DNA of 64,000 nucleotides from Octopus sinensis (taxonomy: Eukaryota), in contig NW_021835999.1 of the NCBI RefSeq assembly GCF_006345805.1, positions 306,616 to 370,615 of the forward strand, in the 5' to 3' direction. Of the stretch, positions 51,420 through 61,890 are shown piece after piece. A program made the translations under genes and the position numbers. The notes under the pieces are model-generated. The model ran no database searches. It saw only the letters and a list, made by a program, of their open reading frames with translations, and had not been told where the DNA came from. Each line of letters starts with the position of its first letter. Positions within the stretch are counted from its first letter, which is position 1.

Positions 51420-54400
51420 CTATTCTATCGCCTGTTGATAAACGATGTTTGTTGTCCGTCCTTCCTTGGCATATATGAATAAATTTTCTCTTCTACCTAC
51501 CCTCGAGCATCCCACATACAGCTGTCCATGTGAAAAGCACTCACTCTCTAAAAATAACCCAACTACCTTTAATGACTGTCCCTGGGCCTTGTTTATTGTC
51601 ATTGCAAAACTCATCTTTAAATCTAAATGGTAATTCATCAGAAATTATCGGAATTCGTGGAATATAAACATCCTCACCTCTATACTTACCTGTTAATATC
51701 GTCGCCTCTATTACGTTAGCCATTAAATTTTGATAACTAACCTCGTTCCGTTGCATAATTTAGGTGGCGCAAGATTTCGTAATAAACCACTGGAACGCCT
51801 ATCTTTAATTTTAAAAGATGATTCGGCATTCCAGAGGGATCTAAGGAGTTTAAAAATTCAACCGGATATTCGCAGGCTCTTTCATGGTCCATAATAACGT
51901 CTACCGATTTGTATATTCTTTCTTCTCCAGGGATTTTGATTAATAAATCTAATTTATATTAAGTACCTCATCATTTAGCGGAGCTAATATAGCCCGTTCA
52001 CGAAACCAGTCGAAATTTCTGTAGTGTTCTGATAGTTCAGAATATACTGAACTGAATAATTCTTCTGCTGTATTCACATATATACAGTGGGCGCAAAAAA
52101 AATCCGGTTTTCTAATTTCTCTATTTTTTTATATTGTGCGATATAATATTTTTTTTTAATCTTAAATTTTAGTGAAAAGTAACTCTTATTTTTTTATTTT
52201 GATTATTTTCATTATTTTTTTCAAGAGATATTTCCAATTTAAATTTACAATGCGCAAAAAAAACCCGGTTTTTTAAAAAAATGTCAAATTAATATTTAAT
52301 ATGCCGTCCTTTAGCCATAAAAACATCGTACACCCTTCTCGGCATGCTGTTTATGAGTTTCTGTATTAGATCTTTCGGCATATTTTCCCAAATTTCGATA
52401 ATTTTATCTTTCAGCTCATGCATATTTTTTGGAGGATTTTCGTACAATTTACTTTTAATATATGCCCAAAGATGTTCTATTGGATTTAAATCTGGCGATT
52501 GCGGTGCCCAATCCAATAGTTTGACGCTTCTTTCGGCAAAGAAATCTTTCGTGATCTTTGATGTGTGTGGAGGAGCCATGTCTTGTTGGAATATGAATTC
52601 ATTCAAGCACATTTTCGCAGCGGACTCCCACAGATTATTTGATAATATGTTCACATAAGTTGCTGAGTTCATAGTTCCATTTATAAATACTAGATTGCCT
52701 ACTCCATAATACCCGAAACATCCCCACACCATTATTTTTCCCCCTCCAAATTTAACAGTTGGAGATAAGTGCGATTTTTCTAGACGTGTGTTTTTTTCCT
52801 ATAACAAAATTCCTTTTTTTGTGATTAAAAATTTCGAAACAGCATTCATCACTAAAAATAGTTGATTTCCATGACGTCATATTCAGTGCGATAAATTTTT
52901 TTGACAAGGAATATCGTTTTTCGATATTAATTTTAGACAGATACGGTTTTTTTTGACACACACGTGAATATATTTCCTTTTGTTTCAGATAATTCCCAAT
53001 TGTTCGTTTTGAGACGATTTTTCCTGTCAAAGAATGAAGATCCTTTGACAGGCAACGGGAAGATTTTTTCGGATTGTCAGAAACAAGCGTCAATAAAGTA
53101 TTTATATCATCATTATTTAATGTCCTAGGTCTTCCAGAACCGGACAGTCTCTGTGTTGTTCCATATTTTTTGTATTTACGTATGTAATCTCCCACTGTTG
53201 ATCTGGGAATTTCTACTTCTTCTGAAATTTGTTTATATGTCCAATTAAGGAAATAAAGTTGAATAATTTGTCCTTTCACAATTTCTGAAATACACGACAT
53301 CCAACAACAACAAAAATGACAACAATTTCAAATTTTTGAGAATAAAAGACTCAATAATTAAAAAACCGAGTTTTTTTTGCGCATTTTAAAATTAAATTCA
53401 AGATATCTCTATGAAAAATAAAAAAATACTTAAAATTAAAAACATACTCGATTTACATTTCAAAATGATACTAAATTAAAAAAAAATAATATAAAATTTA
53501 TATTGAAAAATTCGAAAAATAAGAAAACCGGATTTTTTTTGCGCCCACTGTACATAATTCTTCCGGTAGACTGATTTTCTGATCCTGTATATCTGAAGTA
53601 ATTGCCCCATTTCCAATATCTAAAAGGATATTTGGAAATATGCTATTGACGCCTTGTAAATGTGCACGTACATTTACATCTAAGCTTACCTTTTTGACGT
53701 GTGTCCACAGGTATGACGATTTGAGGCAGGCATTCAATTCATCCGCAGGCGTCCCTCTTTGAATAATTGGCAGAGTTTGTCTAAAATCACCTGCCAATAC
53801 AACTATTGCTCCCCCAAACAACAGTTCCTCACAATTCTTGATATCTCTATATGTTCTGTCGACTGCTTCGAATGCGCCCTTATGAGCCATTGTGCATTCA
53901 TCCCAAACAATTAACCTAGAATTCATAATTCTATAACCCGCAACTGAATTTTTTTTTTACATTACAAACCGGTTCAGTATTGTAAGACAGGTTCAAGGGA
54001 ATGTTGAATGTTGAATGTGCTGTTCGACCTCCATCTAAAAGAGTTGCAGCAATTCCAGACGATGCAACTGCTAATGCTATTAGATTGTCGCTTCTCACCT
54101 TTGCTAACAATAAATTTAGAAGATAGGTCTTACCTGTACCACCTGGTGCATCAATAAAGATGATAGAACCATTTTCTTCTTGGATGACTCGGTTAATTTC
54201 TCTGTATATTTCCAACTGCCCAGGTAATAAGCTTTGTTCTCTTTCTTCCACAATTTTTTGAAGTTCTTCTAAATTATAATGCTCATCTAAAGAATTTATA
54301 TTATGAAGATCACTGATTGTTAAACCAAAATCACTTACATTCTTACCTACGACAGATATTAGCAATCTGTCTATCATGATTAATCCAATGTTGAAAATCT

Positions 54401-56038
54401 CTTCATCAAAAATCGATCTATTCTTCTCTCTTAATATATCTTCGCACATGCTTTCTCGATGCCCTTCCCACAGTTGCTTAGGATTAGCTAACCCACAATG
54501 GGCTAGCATCAAAGTATATAAATACCTTAGTCGCGATGGAGAATCTGCAATTGCGGCTTCTGTTAAAGTCTGATTCCAGTGGTTGTCATCCTCTAAAAGA
54601 CCTAATTTAAAACAGGCTTCTCTGTATGTTTCGCAGACTACACCATTGACAGTCCGCAGATCAGTGAATGATTCTGGCCCTCGAATGTTGTGCAAAAGTA
54701 ACCTAACACAATAACATTCAAAATTATTTGGATGCACGGTATATACTCTACCCAATGCATCCGTACTTACAATACCGTTATGTCCGTTTACTGGCTCTCC
54801 TCTTATCCTTCTTTTAAATTTCTTTCCGGCCACTTCCCACGTATAATATCTAGGCACATCAACATAATAAATTGTCTTCGCAAATTCATCAGTCTGACAT
54901 AATTCAAAGTAGGCCATAAGCGTTGAATTTTTTGGATTCATAACTTGATTACGGGCAGTTTCTTCTCTAAAATATATCCTTTGTCCATTTTCCAAGTGCA
55001 CCGCTAAATGCATTACTAATGGATATCTTTCATGAATCGGATATCCGAAAATTCTCCATGCTCCTTCATTACTGCAGATGAATCGTCCATGCTGAAAAAA
55101 GCTTGGCTCGTCACGCTGCTCAATTGTAAAAATTGCTTGATCAGACCCTTTATTAATGTATTTACATACATATTTAATTGATCTAATAGAATTACAAAAT
55201 TCAACATTAATATGTGCATCAAAAATCTTACATAACAGAGGATTATAAGGCACCACCCACCTGTTGTCAACTGTTATTTCATTTTCTTTTCCTTCGTGGA
55301 GAGTTGCAGTAAATCCTCCTTCAGCTGTGCCCCTTCTTCGGTAAAGCGGAAATCCATTTTCACCTGTTTGCGTATTATATATTAAGTTTTTAGGGTACCC
55401 TTTAGAACACTTACCATTTCGCATACACGGTGATGATCTGTTATACATGCCACATGGACCATGTATCATATTTCTTTTGATGATCTCGTATAATTCTCTA
55501 TCTTCATTTGGATTTGGCAATTCTGCCCGTATGCAATCGTCTATTTCTGTAGCCCTAATTTTAGTGACTAACCATAACAATATGTGTATATGTGGCAAAC
55601 CTCTTTTTTGCCACTCTACTGTATACATGTGGCATCTTGTCTTTCCAAATATCTGTCCCTTTGTGAGAAGATCCATCATCTTATCGACTTTCCGTTTAAA
55701 AACTCTCGCAATGATGTCTTGTCTATACTCTGCCTTTTGCCCTATAAATATGTTATCACTAATTTCTGGCCATTTTTGATTACATGTAAAAGTGATAAAC
55801 AAATCCGGTGTTCCGTAATTTCTTACGTACGTCATCGCATCTTGTGTGCGTTCATGCATATATCTTGGTCCTCCCGTGAATGACGACGGCAAAATAACCA
55901 TTAGACCTACATCAGTTACATTACCATCATTAATTATTGCATCTCTTAGATGTATATACTCCTCAGCTCTTAGTTTTCGCTGATTTAAACGAATGTAGAG
56001 AAGTCTCTCTGCTTCTATCTTTGCATACATATCTACAA
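51420..56038 (-). pseudogene. Helitron Rep/Pif1-helicase, 5'-truncated, split by Tc1, with several 1-nt frameshifts and a short deletion
   Basis: Rep: VDMYAKIEAERL, PSSFTGGPRYM, DLFITFTCN, VEWQKRGLPHIHILLW, KYVCKYINKG. Helicase: DAPGGTGKTYL, ASSGIAATLLDGGRTAHS, IVWDEC, GDFRQTLP, FAMTINKAQGQSL, FSHGQLYVGCSRV. Confidence 0.93.
52085..53550 (-). mobile_element. Tc1 (DD34E) transposon, 1466 bp, TA TSD, IR/DR-type ends; transposase at 52289-53300 with one frameshift
   Basis: TA|CAGTGGGCGCAAAAAAAATCCGGTTTT...AAAACCGGATTTTTTTTGCGCCCACTG|TA. Motifs GRPR, IFSDE, MVWGC, FQQD-x34-E (SPDLNPIE). Removing it restores the helicase frame PEELC-IYVNTAEELF. Confidence 0.95.
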
Positions 56039-56334
56039 CTAGCTCGGCAGCTCGCTTCGCTCACCGCGACCTAGCTCCTGCGGAGGGCCTGTTTCATCAA
56101 ACAACTATAAGTTTATGTAGATGTATAAAACTACCTGGTTTAATGTAACCCTATTCTATCGCCTGTTGATAAACGATGTTTGTCGTCCGTCCTTCCTTGG
56201 CATATATGAATAATTTTTTCTTCTGCCTACCCTCGAGCATCCCACATACAGCTGTCCATGTGAAAGCACTCACTCTCTAAAATAACCCAACTACCTTTAA
56301 TGACTGTCCCTGGGCCTTGTTTATTGTCATTGCA
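56039..56334 (-). repeat. Second, internal copy of the Helitron 3' end (helicase tail, hairpin, CTAG), a direct repeat of 51308-51606
   Basis: Near-identical to 51308-51606 with a few differences. Joined as CTAG|TT GTA GAT ATG TAT GCA AAG to the Rep motif (I)VDMYAK. Confidence 0.92.
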
Positions 56335-56656
56335 CACTTTTTTTTTTTCATTTTTGTGGTTTTATTTTTTTTTATATTTAATTTTTTCATTTTTCCTTTG
56401 TAATTTCCTTTTTTTTTTTTTTTTTTTTTACTGGCGGAAATGGGGCAGGGGGAGATGCGGCAGGCGGAAATGCGGCAGGCAAGAAAGCGACACACAAAAA
56501 AGATTTAATTAATTACCTTATTAAGCTGACCGTTTTTTTCAGCTTCGTTTTTCCTCCTTCGGTTATCTATTTAAAAATTATTTTTGAATAATAAAAAAGT
56601 TTAGGAAAAGAGGCATACCGAAAATAAATTCTATCTTTACGAAAAACTCAAGTAAA

Positions 56657-57934
56657 TCTTAATAATAAAATGGTATGGTGTGTGTCTGTCTGTCTGTCTG
56701 TCTGTGTGTCTGTCTGTCTGTCTGTCTGTGTGTGCACACCAACTTCAAATTGGCAATACGATGTCCTCGACTTACATGATGAGGTCCTTAAAACCTTCCC
56801 CCCAAAAAAAATTAAAAAAAAATTTTCTGCATTTTGGTTAAAATGAACAACTACAATGTCCTCGATCTACATGATGAGGTCCTTAAAAACCTCCCCCCAA
56901 AAAAAAAAAAAAAAATTTTCTGCATTTGGTTAAAATGAACAACTACAATGTCCTCGATCTACATGATGAAGTCTTAAAACCTTCCCCCCAAAAAAAAATT
57001 AAAAAAAAATTTCTGCATTTTGGTTAAAATGAACAACTACAATGTCCTCGACTTACATGATGAAGTCCTTAAAACCTTCCCCTCCCAAAAAAATTAAAAA
57101 AAAATTTTCTGCATTTTGGTTAAAATGAACAACTACAATGTCCTCGACTTACATGATGAAGTCCTTAAAACCTTCCCCCCAAAAAAATTAAAAAAAAATT
57201 TTCTGCATTTTGGTTAAAATGAACAACTACAATGTCCTCGACTTACATGATGAAGTCCTTAAAACCTTCCCCCCCAAAAAAATTAAAAAAAAATTTTCTG
57301 CATTTTGGTTAAAATGAACAACTACAATGTCCTCAACTTACATGATGAAGTCCTTAAAACCTTCCCCCCCAAAAAAAATTAAAAAAAAATTTTCTGCATT
57401 TTGGTTAAAATGAACAACTACAATGTCCTCAACTTACATGATGAAGTCCTTAAAACCTTCCCCCCCAAAAAAAAATTAAAAAAAAATTTTCTGCATTTTG
57501 GTTAAAATGAACAACTACAATGTCCTCGACTTACATGATGAAGTCCTTAAAACCTTCCCCCCCAAAAAATTAAAAAAAAAATTTCTGCATTTTGGTTAAA
57601 ATGAACAACTACAATGTCCTCGACTTACATGATGAAGTCCTTAAAACCTTCCCCCCCCAAAAAATTAAAAAAAAATTTTCTGCATTTGGTTAAAATGAAC
57701 AACTACAATGTCCTCGACTTACATGATGAAGTCCTTAAAAACCTTCCCCCCAAAAAAAATTAAAAAAAATTTTCTGCATTTTGGTTAAAATGAACAACTA
57801 CAATGTCCTCAACTTACATGATGAAGTCCTTAAAACCTCCCCCCCAAAAAAAATTAAAAAAAAATTTTCTGCATTTTGGTTAAAATGAACAACTACAATG
57901 TCCTCAACTTACATGATGAAGTCCTTAAACCTTC
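56657..57934 (+). repeat. Plus-strand Helitron 5' end, (TCTG)n microsatellite and ~13 units of a ~94-bp minisatellite
   Basis: A|TCTTAATAATAAAATGGTATGG.. then unit TGTCCTCGACTTACATGATGAAGTCCTTAAAACCTTCCCCCCCAAAAAAATTAAAAAAAAATTTTCTGCATTTTGGTTAAAATGAACAACTACAA from about 56761. Confidence 0.92.
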
Positions 57935-58154
57935 CTGTGATTGCACATTCTGTCAAAGTCAATATGATAATAGCTTTAATTTTGATTCATGGTCGATAAT
58001 GATATATGCATTTAATTTTAAAGAGAAAAACATAGGATGAATTGAATTTCTTTATCGCGAATAATTGGGAGTTCATCATTGTTAATATTCTCGCTGTCGT
58101 TTTTCATCAAGGATATTCTTAATACGTGAGATTTTTGCCTTGAAAATTTTAATG

Positions 58155-60283
58155 GACCTCATCATGAATGTCGAGGACATTCGCGTTGTTCATTTTAATC
58201 AAAATGCAGAAAATAATTTTTTGATTTTTTGGGGGAAAGTTTTTAAGGACTTCATCATGTAAGTCGAGGACATTGTAGTTGTTCATTTTAACCAAAATAC
58301 AGAAAATTTTTTTTTAATTTTTTTTGGGGGGGAAGGTTTTTAAGGACTTCATCATGTAAGTTGAGGACATTGTAGTGTCATTTTAACCAAAATGCAGAAA
58401 ATTTTTTTTTTAATTTTTTTTGGGGGGGAAGGTTTTTAAGGACTTCATCATGTAAGTTGAGGACATTGTAGTTGTTCATTTTAACCAAAATGCAGAAAAT
58501 TTTTTTAATTTTTGGGGGGGAAGGTTTTTAAGGACTTTCATCATGTAAGTTGAGGACATTGTGTTGTTCATTTTAACCAAAATGCAGAAAATTTTTTTTA
58601 ATTTTTTTGGGGGGGAAGGTTTTAAGGACTTCATCATGTAAGTTGAGGGACATGTAGTTGTTCATTTAACCAAATGCAGAAAATTTTTTTTTAATTTTTT
58701 TTGGGGGGGAAGGTTTTAAGGACTTCATCATGTAAGTTGAGGACATTGTAGTTGTTCATTTTAAAATCAAAAGCAGAAAATTTTTTTTAATTTTTTGGGG
58801 GGGAAGGTTTTAAGGACTTCATCATGTAAGTTGAGGACATTGTAGTTGTTCATTTTAACCAAAATGCAGAAAATTTTTTTTAATTTTTTTGGGGGGGAAG
58901 GTTTAAGGACTTCATCATGTAAGTCGAGGACATTGTAGTTGTTCATTTTAAACCAAAATGCAGAAAAAAATTTTTTTTTAATTTTTTTTGGGGGAAGGGT
59001 TTTAAGGACTTCATCATGTAAGTTGAGGACATTGTAGTTGTTCATTTTAACCAAAATGCAGAAAATTTTTTTTAATTTTTTGGGGGGAAGGTTTTAAGGA
59101 CTTCATCATGTAAGTCGAGGACATGTAGTTGTTCATTTTAACCAAAATGCAGAAAATTTTTTTTTAATTTTTTTTGGGGGGAAGGTTTTAAGGACTTCAT
59201 CATGTAAGTCGAGGACATTGTAGTTGTTCATTTTAACCAAAATGCAGAAAATTTTTTTAATTTTTTTGGGGGGGAAGGTTTTAAGGACTTCATCATGTAA
59301 GTCGAGGACATTGTAGTTGTTCATTTTAACCAAAATGCAGAAAAATTTTTTTTAATTTTTTTGGGGGGAAGGTTTTAAGGACTTCATCATGTAAGTCGAG
59401 GACATTGTAGTTGTTTCATTTTAACCAAAATGCAGAAAATTTTTTTAATTTTTTTGGGGGGGAAGGTTTAAGGACTCATCATGTAAGTCGAGGACATTGT
59501 AGTTGTTCATTTTAACCAAAATGCAGAAAATTTTTTTTAATTTTTTGGGGGGAAGGTTTTAAGGACTTCATCATGTAAGTCGAGGACATTGTAGTTGTTC
59601 ATTTTAACCAAAATGCAGAAAATTTTTTTTTATGGGGTTGTGTTTTTTTTGGGGGATAGTGTGTTGTTGTTATATTGGGATTTTTTCTTTATGGGTTTTT
59701 CATTTAAGTCGATGGGACAGTTGGGCAGTTGTTCATTGGTTCTTTAACCAAAATGCAGAAAATTTTTTTTAATTTTTTTTGGGGGAGGTTAAGGACTTCA
59801 TCATGTAAGTCGAGGACATTGTAGTTGTTCATTTTAACCAAAATGCAGAAAATTTTTTTTTAATTTTTTTTGGGGGAAAGGTTAAGGACTTCATCATGTA
59901 AGTCGAGGACATTGTAGTTGTTCATTTTAACCAAAATGCAGAAAATTTTTTTTTATTTTTTTGGGGGGAAGGTTTTAAGGACCTTCATCATGTAAGTCGA
60001 GGACATTGTAGTTGTTCATTTTAACCAAATGCAGAAAATTTTTTTTAATTTTTTTGGGGGGAAGGTTTTAAGGACTTCATCATGTAAGTCGAGGACATTG
60101 TAGTTGTTCATTTTAACCAAATGCAGAAAATTTTTTTTTAATTTTTTGGGGGGGAAGTTTTTAAGGACTTCATCATGTAAGTCGAGGACATTGTAGTGTT
60201 CTTTTAACCAAAATGCAGAAAATTTTTTTTTAATTTGTTTGGGGGGGAAGGTTTAAGGACCTCATCATGTAAGTCGAGGACAT
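58155..60283 (-). repeat. Inverted array of the same ~94-bp minisatellite (~22 units, garbled near 59630-59740), following the minus-strand Helitron 5' end
   Basis: Reverse complement of the unit above, repeated up to 60283. It is followed by the shared leader (CGTATTGCCAATTTGAAGTTGGTGTGCAC) and a shorter CAGA microsatellite. Confidence 0.92.
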
Positions 60284-61890
60284 CGTATTGCCAATTTGAA
60301 GTTGGTGTGCACACACAGACAGACAGAAGGACAGACACCACACCATACCATTTTAATTTTATTATTAAGATATGCTCAAATACGCATGTGACTGGACTAC
60401 GGCATGCGGATGTGACGGAACGTATAACTTTTTCTTAAAGAAGATAGATTCTTTGCATAGGATTCTGTGTAAAGAGACAGTCCCAATAATTAATGGAGAG
60501 TACACGCCTAATAGCTGGTTTTACACTGGCGTAACTTACTTGATCCCTAAAAAAGTGATTGTGAGACCCCAAAGGACTTACGCCCTATAACGTGTATGCC
60601 AACTTTGTATAAACTTGTCACCAAATGTGTTAATGTAAACTGGCAGATTTCATCGAGGCATTTGGCTTAATCTCAGATAATCAACTCGGAACGAGGAAGC
60701 AATGTCAAGGCGCCAAAGAGCAAGCCCTTATTAACCAATGCTTAAATAAGAAGTATGGAAATAGTCTTTATTCTGCTTGGGGTGATGTGAAGAAGGCATT
60801 TGACTCAGTTGATCACGAGTTCTTGTTCCACGTATTAGATTGCTCTGGAATACCACATTGGATTGTCAACTTTGTAAAGAACATAGTCAAGAAGTGGACA
60901 GTAAACTTACATATCGATGGGAAAAGAATTGGGAAAGTAAAGTTAGGCCGGGGAATACTCCAAGGAGATTCATTGTCCCCGTTTCTATTCGTTATGGCGA
61001 TGGATCCCCTAAGCAGAAGGCTTATCTACATGTTTCCCAAACTCCAAATTAGTCGGGAAGATCCCAATATGTTGACATACTCCACAAATCATTTCTTCTT
61101 TATTGACGATCTGAAAATAGTTGCTTTAAAGAAGATGATACTCTTCCAGTTTCTTAAAAGTTTGGAAAAACAGTCGACTACCTGTCTGCGGAGGTCGGGT
61201 ATTCTGCGAGTAATAAAAAGAAAAAAATGGCACTTAGCCACAATCGCAGAATTTCTTGCCTCCAAATATGCACCTGTCGGGAGGGAAAATCAGACCATTG
61301 AAAGACGCACAAAGGAAACTCTTACTTAACCGAATCAACAGTAAATCACTACACTCGGTGATGTTCAAATGTATGGAGGAATCAGATGTCGACATATCTA
61401 CTTCTTCGCAATGGCTATCGAAAGGGAACAATGGTCCACGAAGCGAAGCATTGTACTGTCTTTTGCAAGATAGGAATTTGTTCTTTGCATACACGGGATC
61501 ACTATGCGTCCACTGCAAAAAAGCAGGCAGACTGTTGACCATCTAGCCACGCGGTGTGGTAGGATGCTAAACAGTGATTATCTCCGAAGACACAACGAAG
61601 TGGTAAAGTGTATTCATCTCCACTTGTGTCGAATGTTAGGAATTAAACGAAGCAGGAAATTGAAAGGACATTCAGTTGTGTCAATAATGTCGACCCAAAA
61701 TGTCGAAATCAGAGTTGACACTTCAATTATGACTGAAACGAAAGTTCAATTCAATAAACCTGACTTTGCCTTAAAAACACGTTCCGTTTTTATTTCGACC
61801 GAGTGAATGTTGTGATAATTATTCATAAAAGCGTAATTTGTCAAATATAAAAATGTACTTAAAAAATTTAAAGTAATTGTTTATATTAGA

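Larger units (their letters stand above)
51308..60370 (-). mobile_element. Composite Helitron (9063 bp) inserted at A|T without TSD
   Basis: On the minus strand the 5' end is A|TCTTAATAATAAAA..(CTGT)n at 60370. The 3' end is a GC hairpin (GCGAAGC core) then CTAG|T at 51308. The flanks rejoin into the host RT frame. Confidence 0.88.
50518..61775 (+). mobile_element. Degenerate RLE-type (R4/Dong-like) non-LTR retrotransposon in two parts (50518-51307 and 60371-61775), split by the Helitron
   Basis: N-terminal INQITDVLYAAQ..*LENTERKISKL and FWEDVWSK. RT motifs RPITCMPTLYK, DVKKAFDSVDH, GILQGDSLSP, FIDDLK. CCHC CVHCKK..DHLATRC, RRHNEVV, and KPD, truncated at the nuclease. The frame reads through the insertion site: FTSDFIMD|MLKYACDW. 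Confidence 0.85.

Noticed and set aside
57935-58154. Spacer between the inverted arrays as a helicase remnant (NDELP..)
   Set aside because: Only a four-residue match, with stops in all frames. It may be unrelated or low-quality sequence.
56761-60283. Regular repeat array as a CRISPR, and the ORFs MVKMNNYNVLDLHDEVLK.. as genes
   Set aside because: Units are contiguous ~94-bp copies with no unique spacers, no cas genes and a eukaryotic context. The ORFs are by-products of the repeat.
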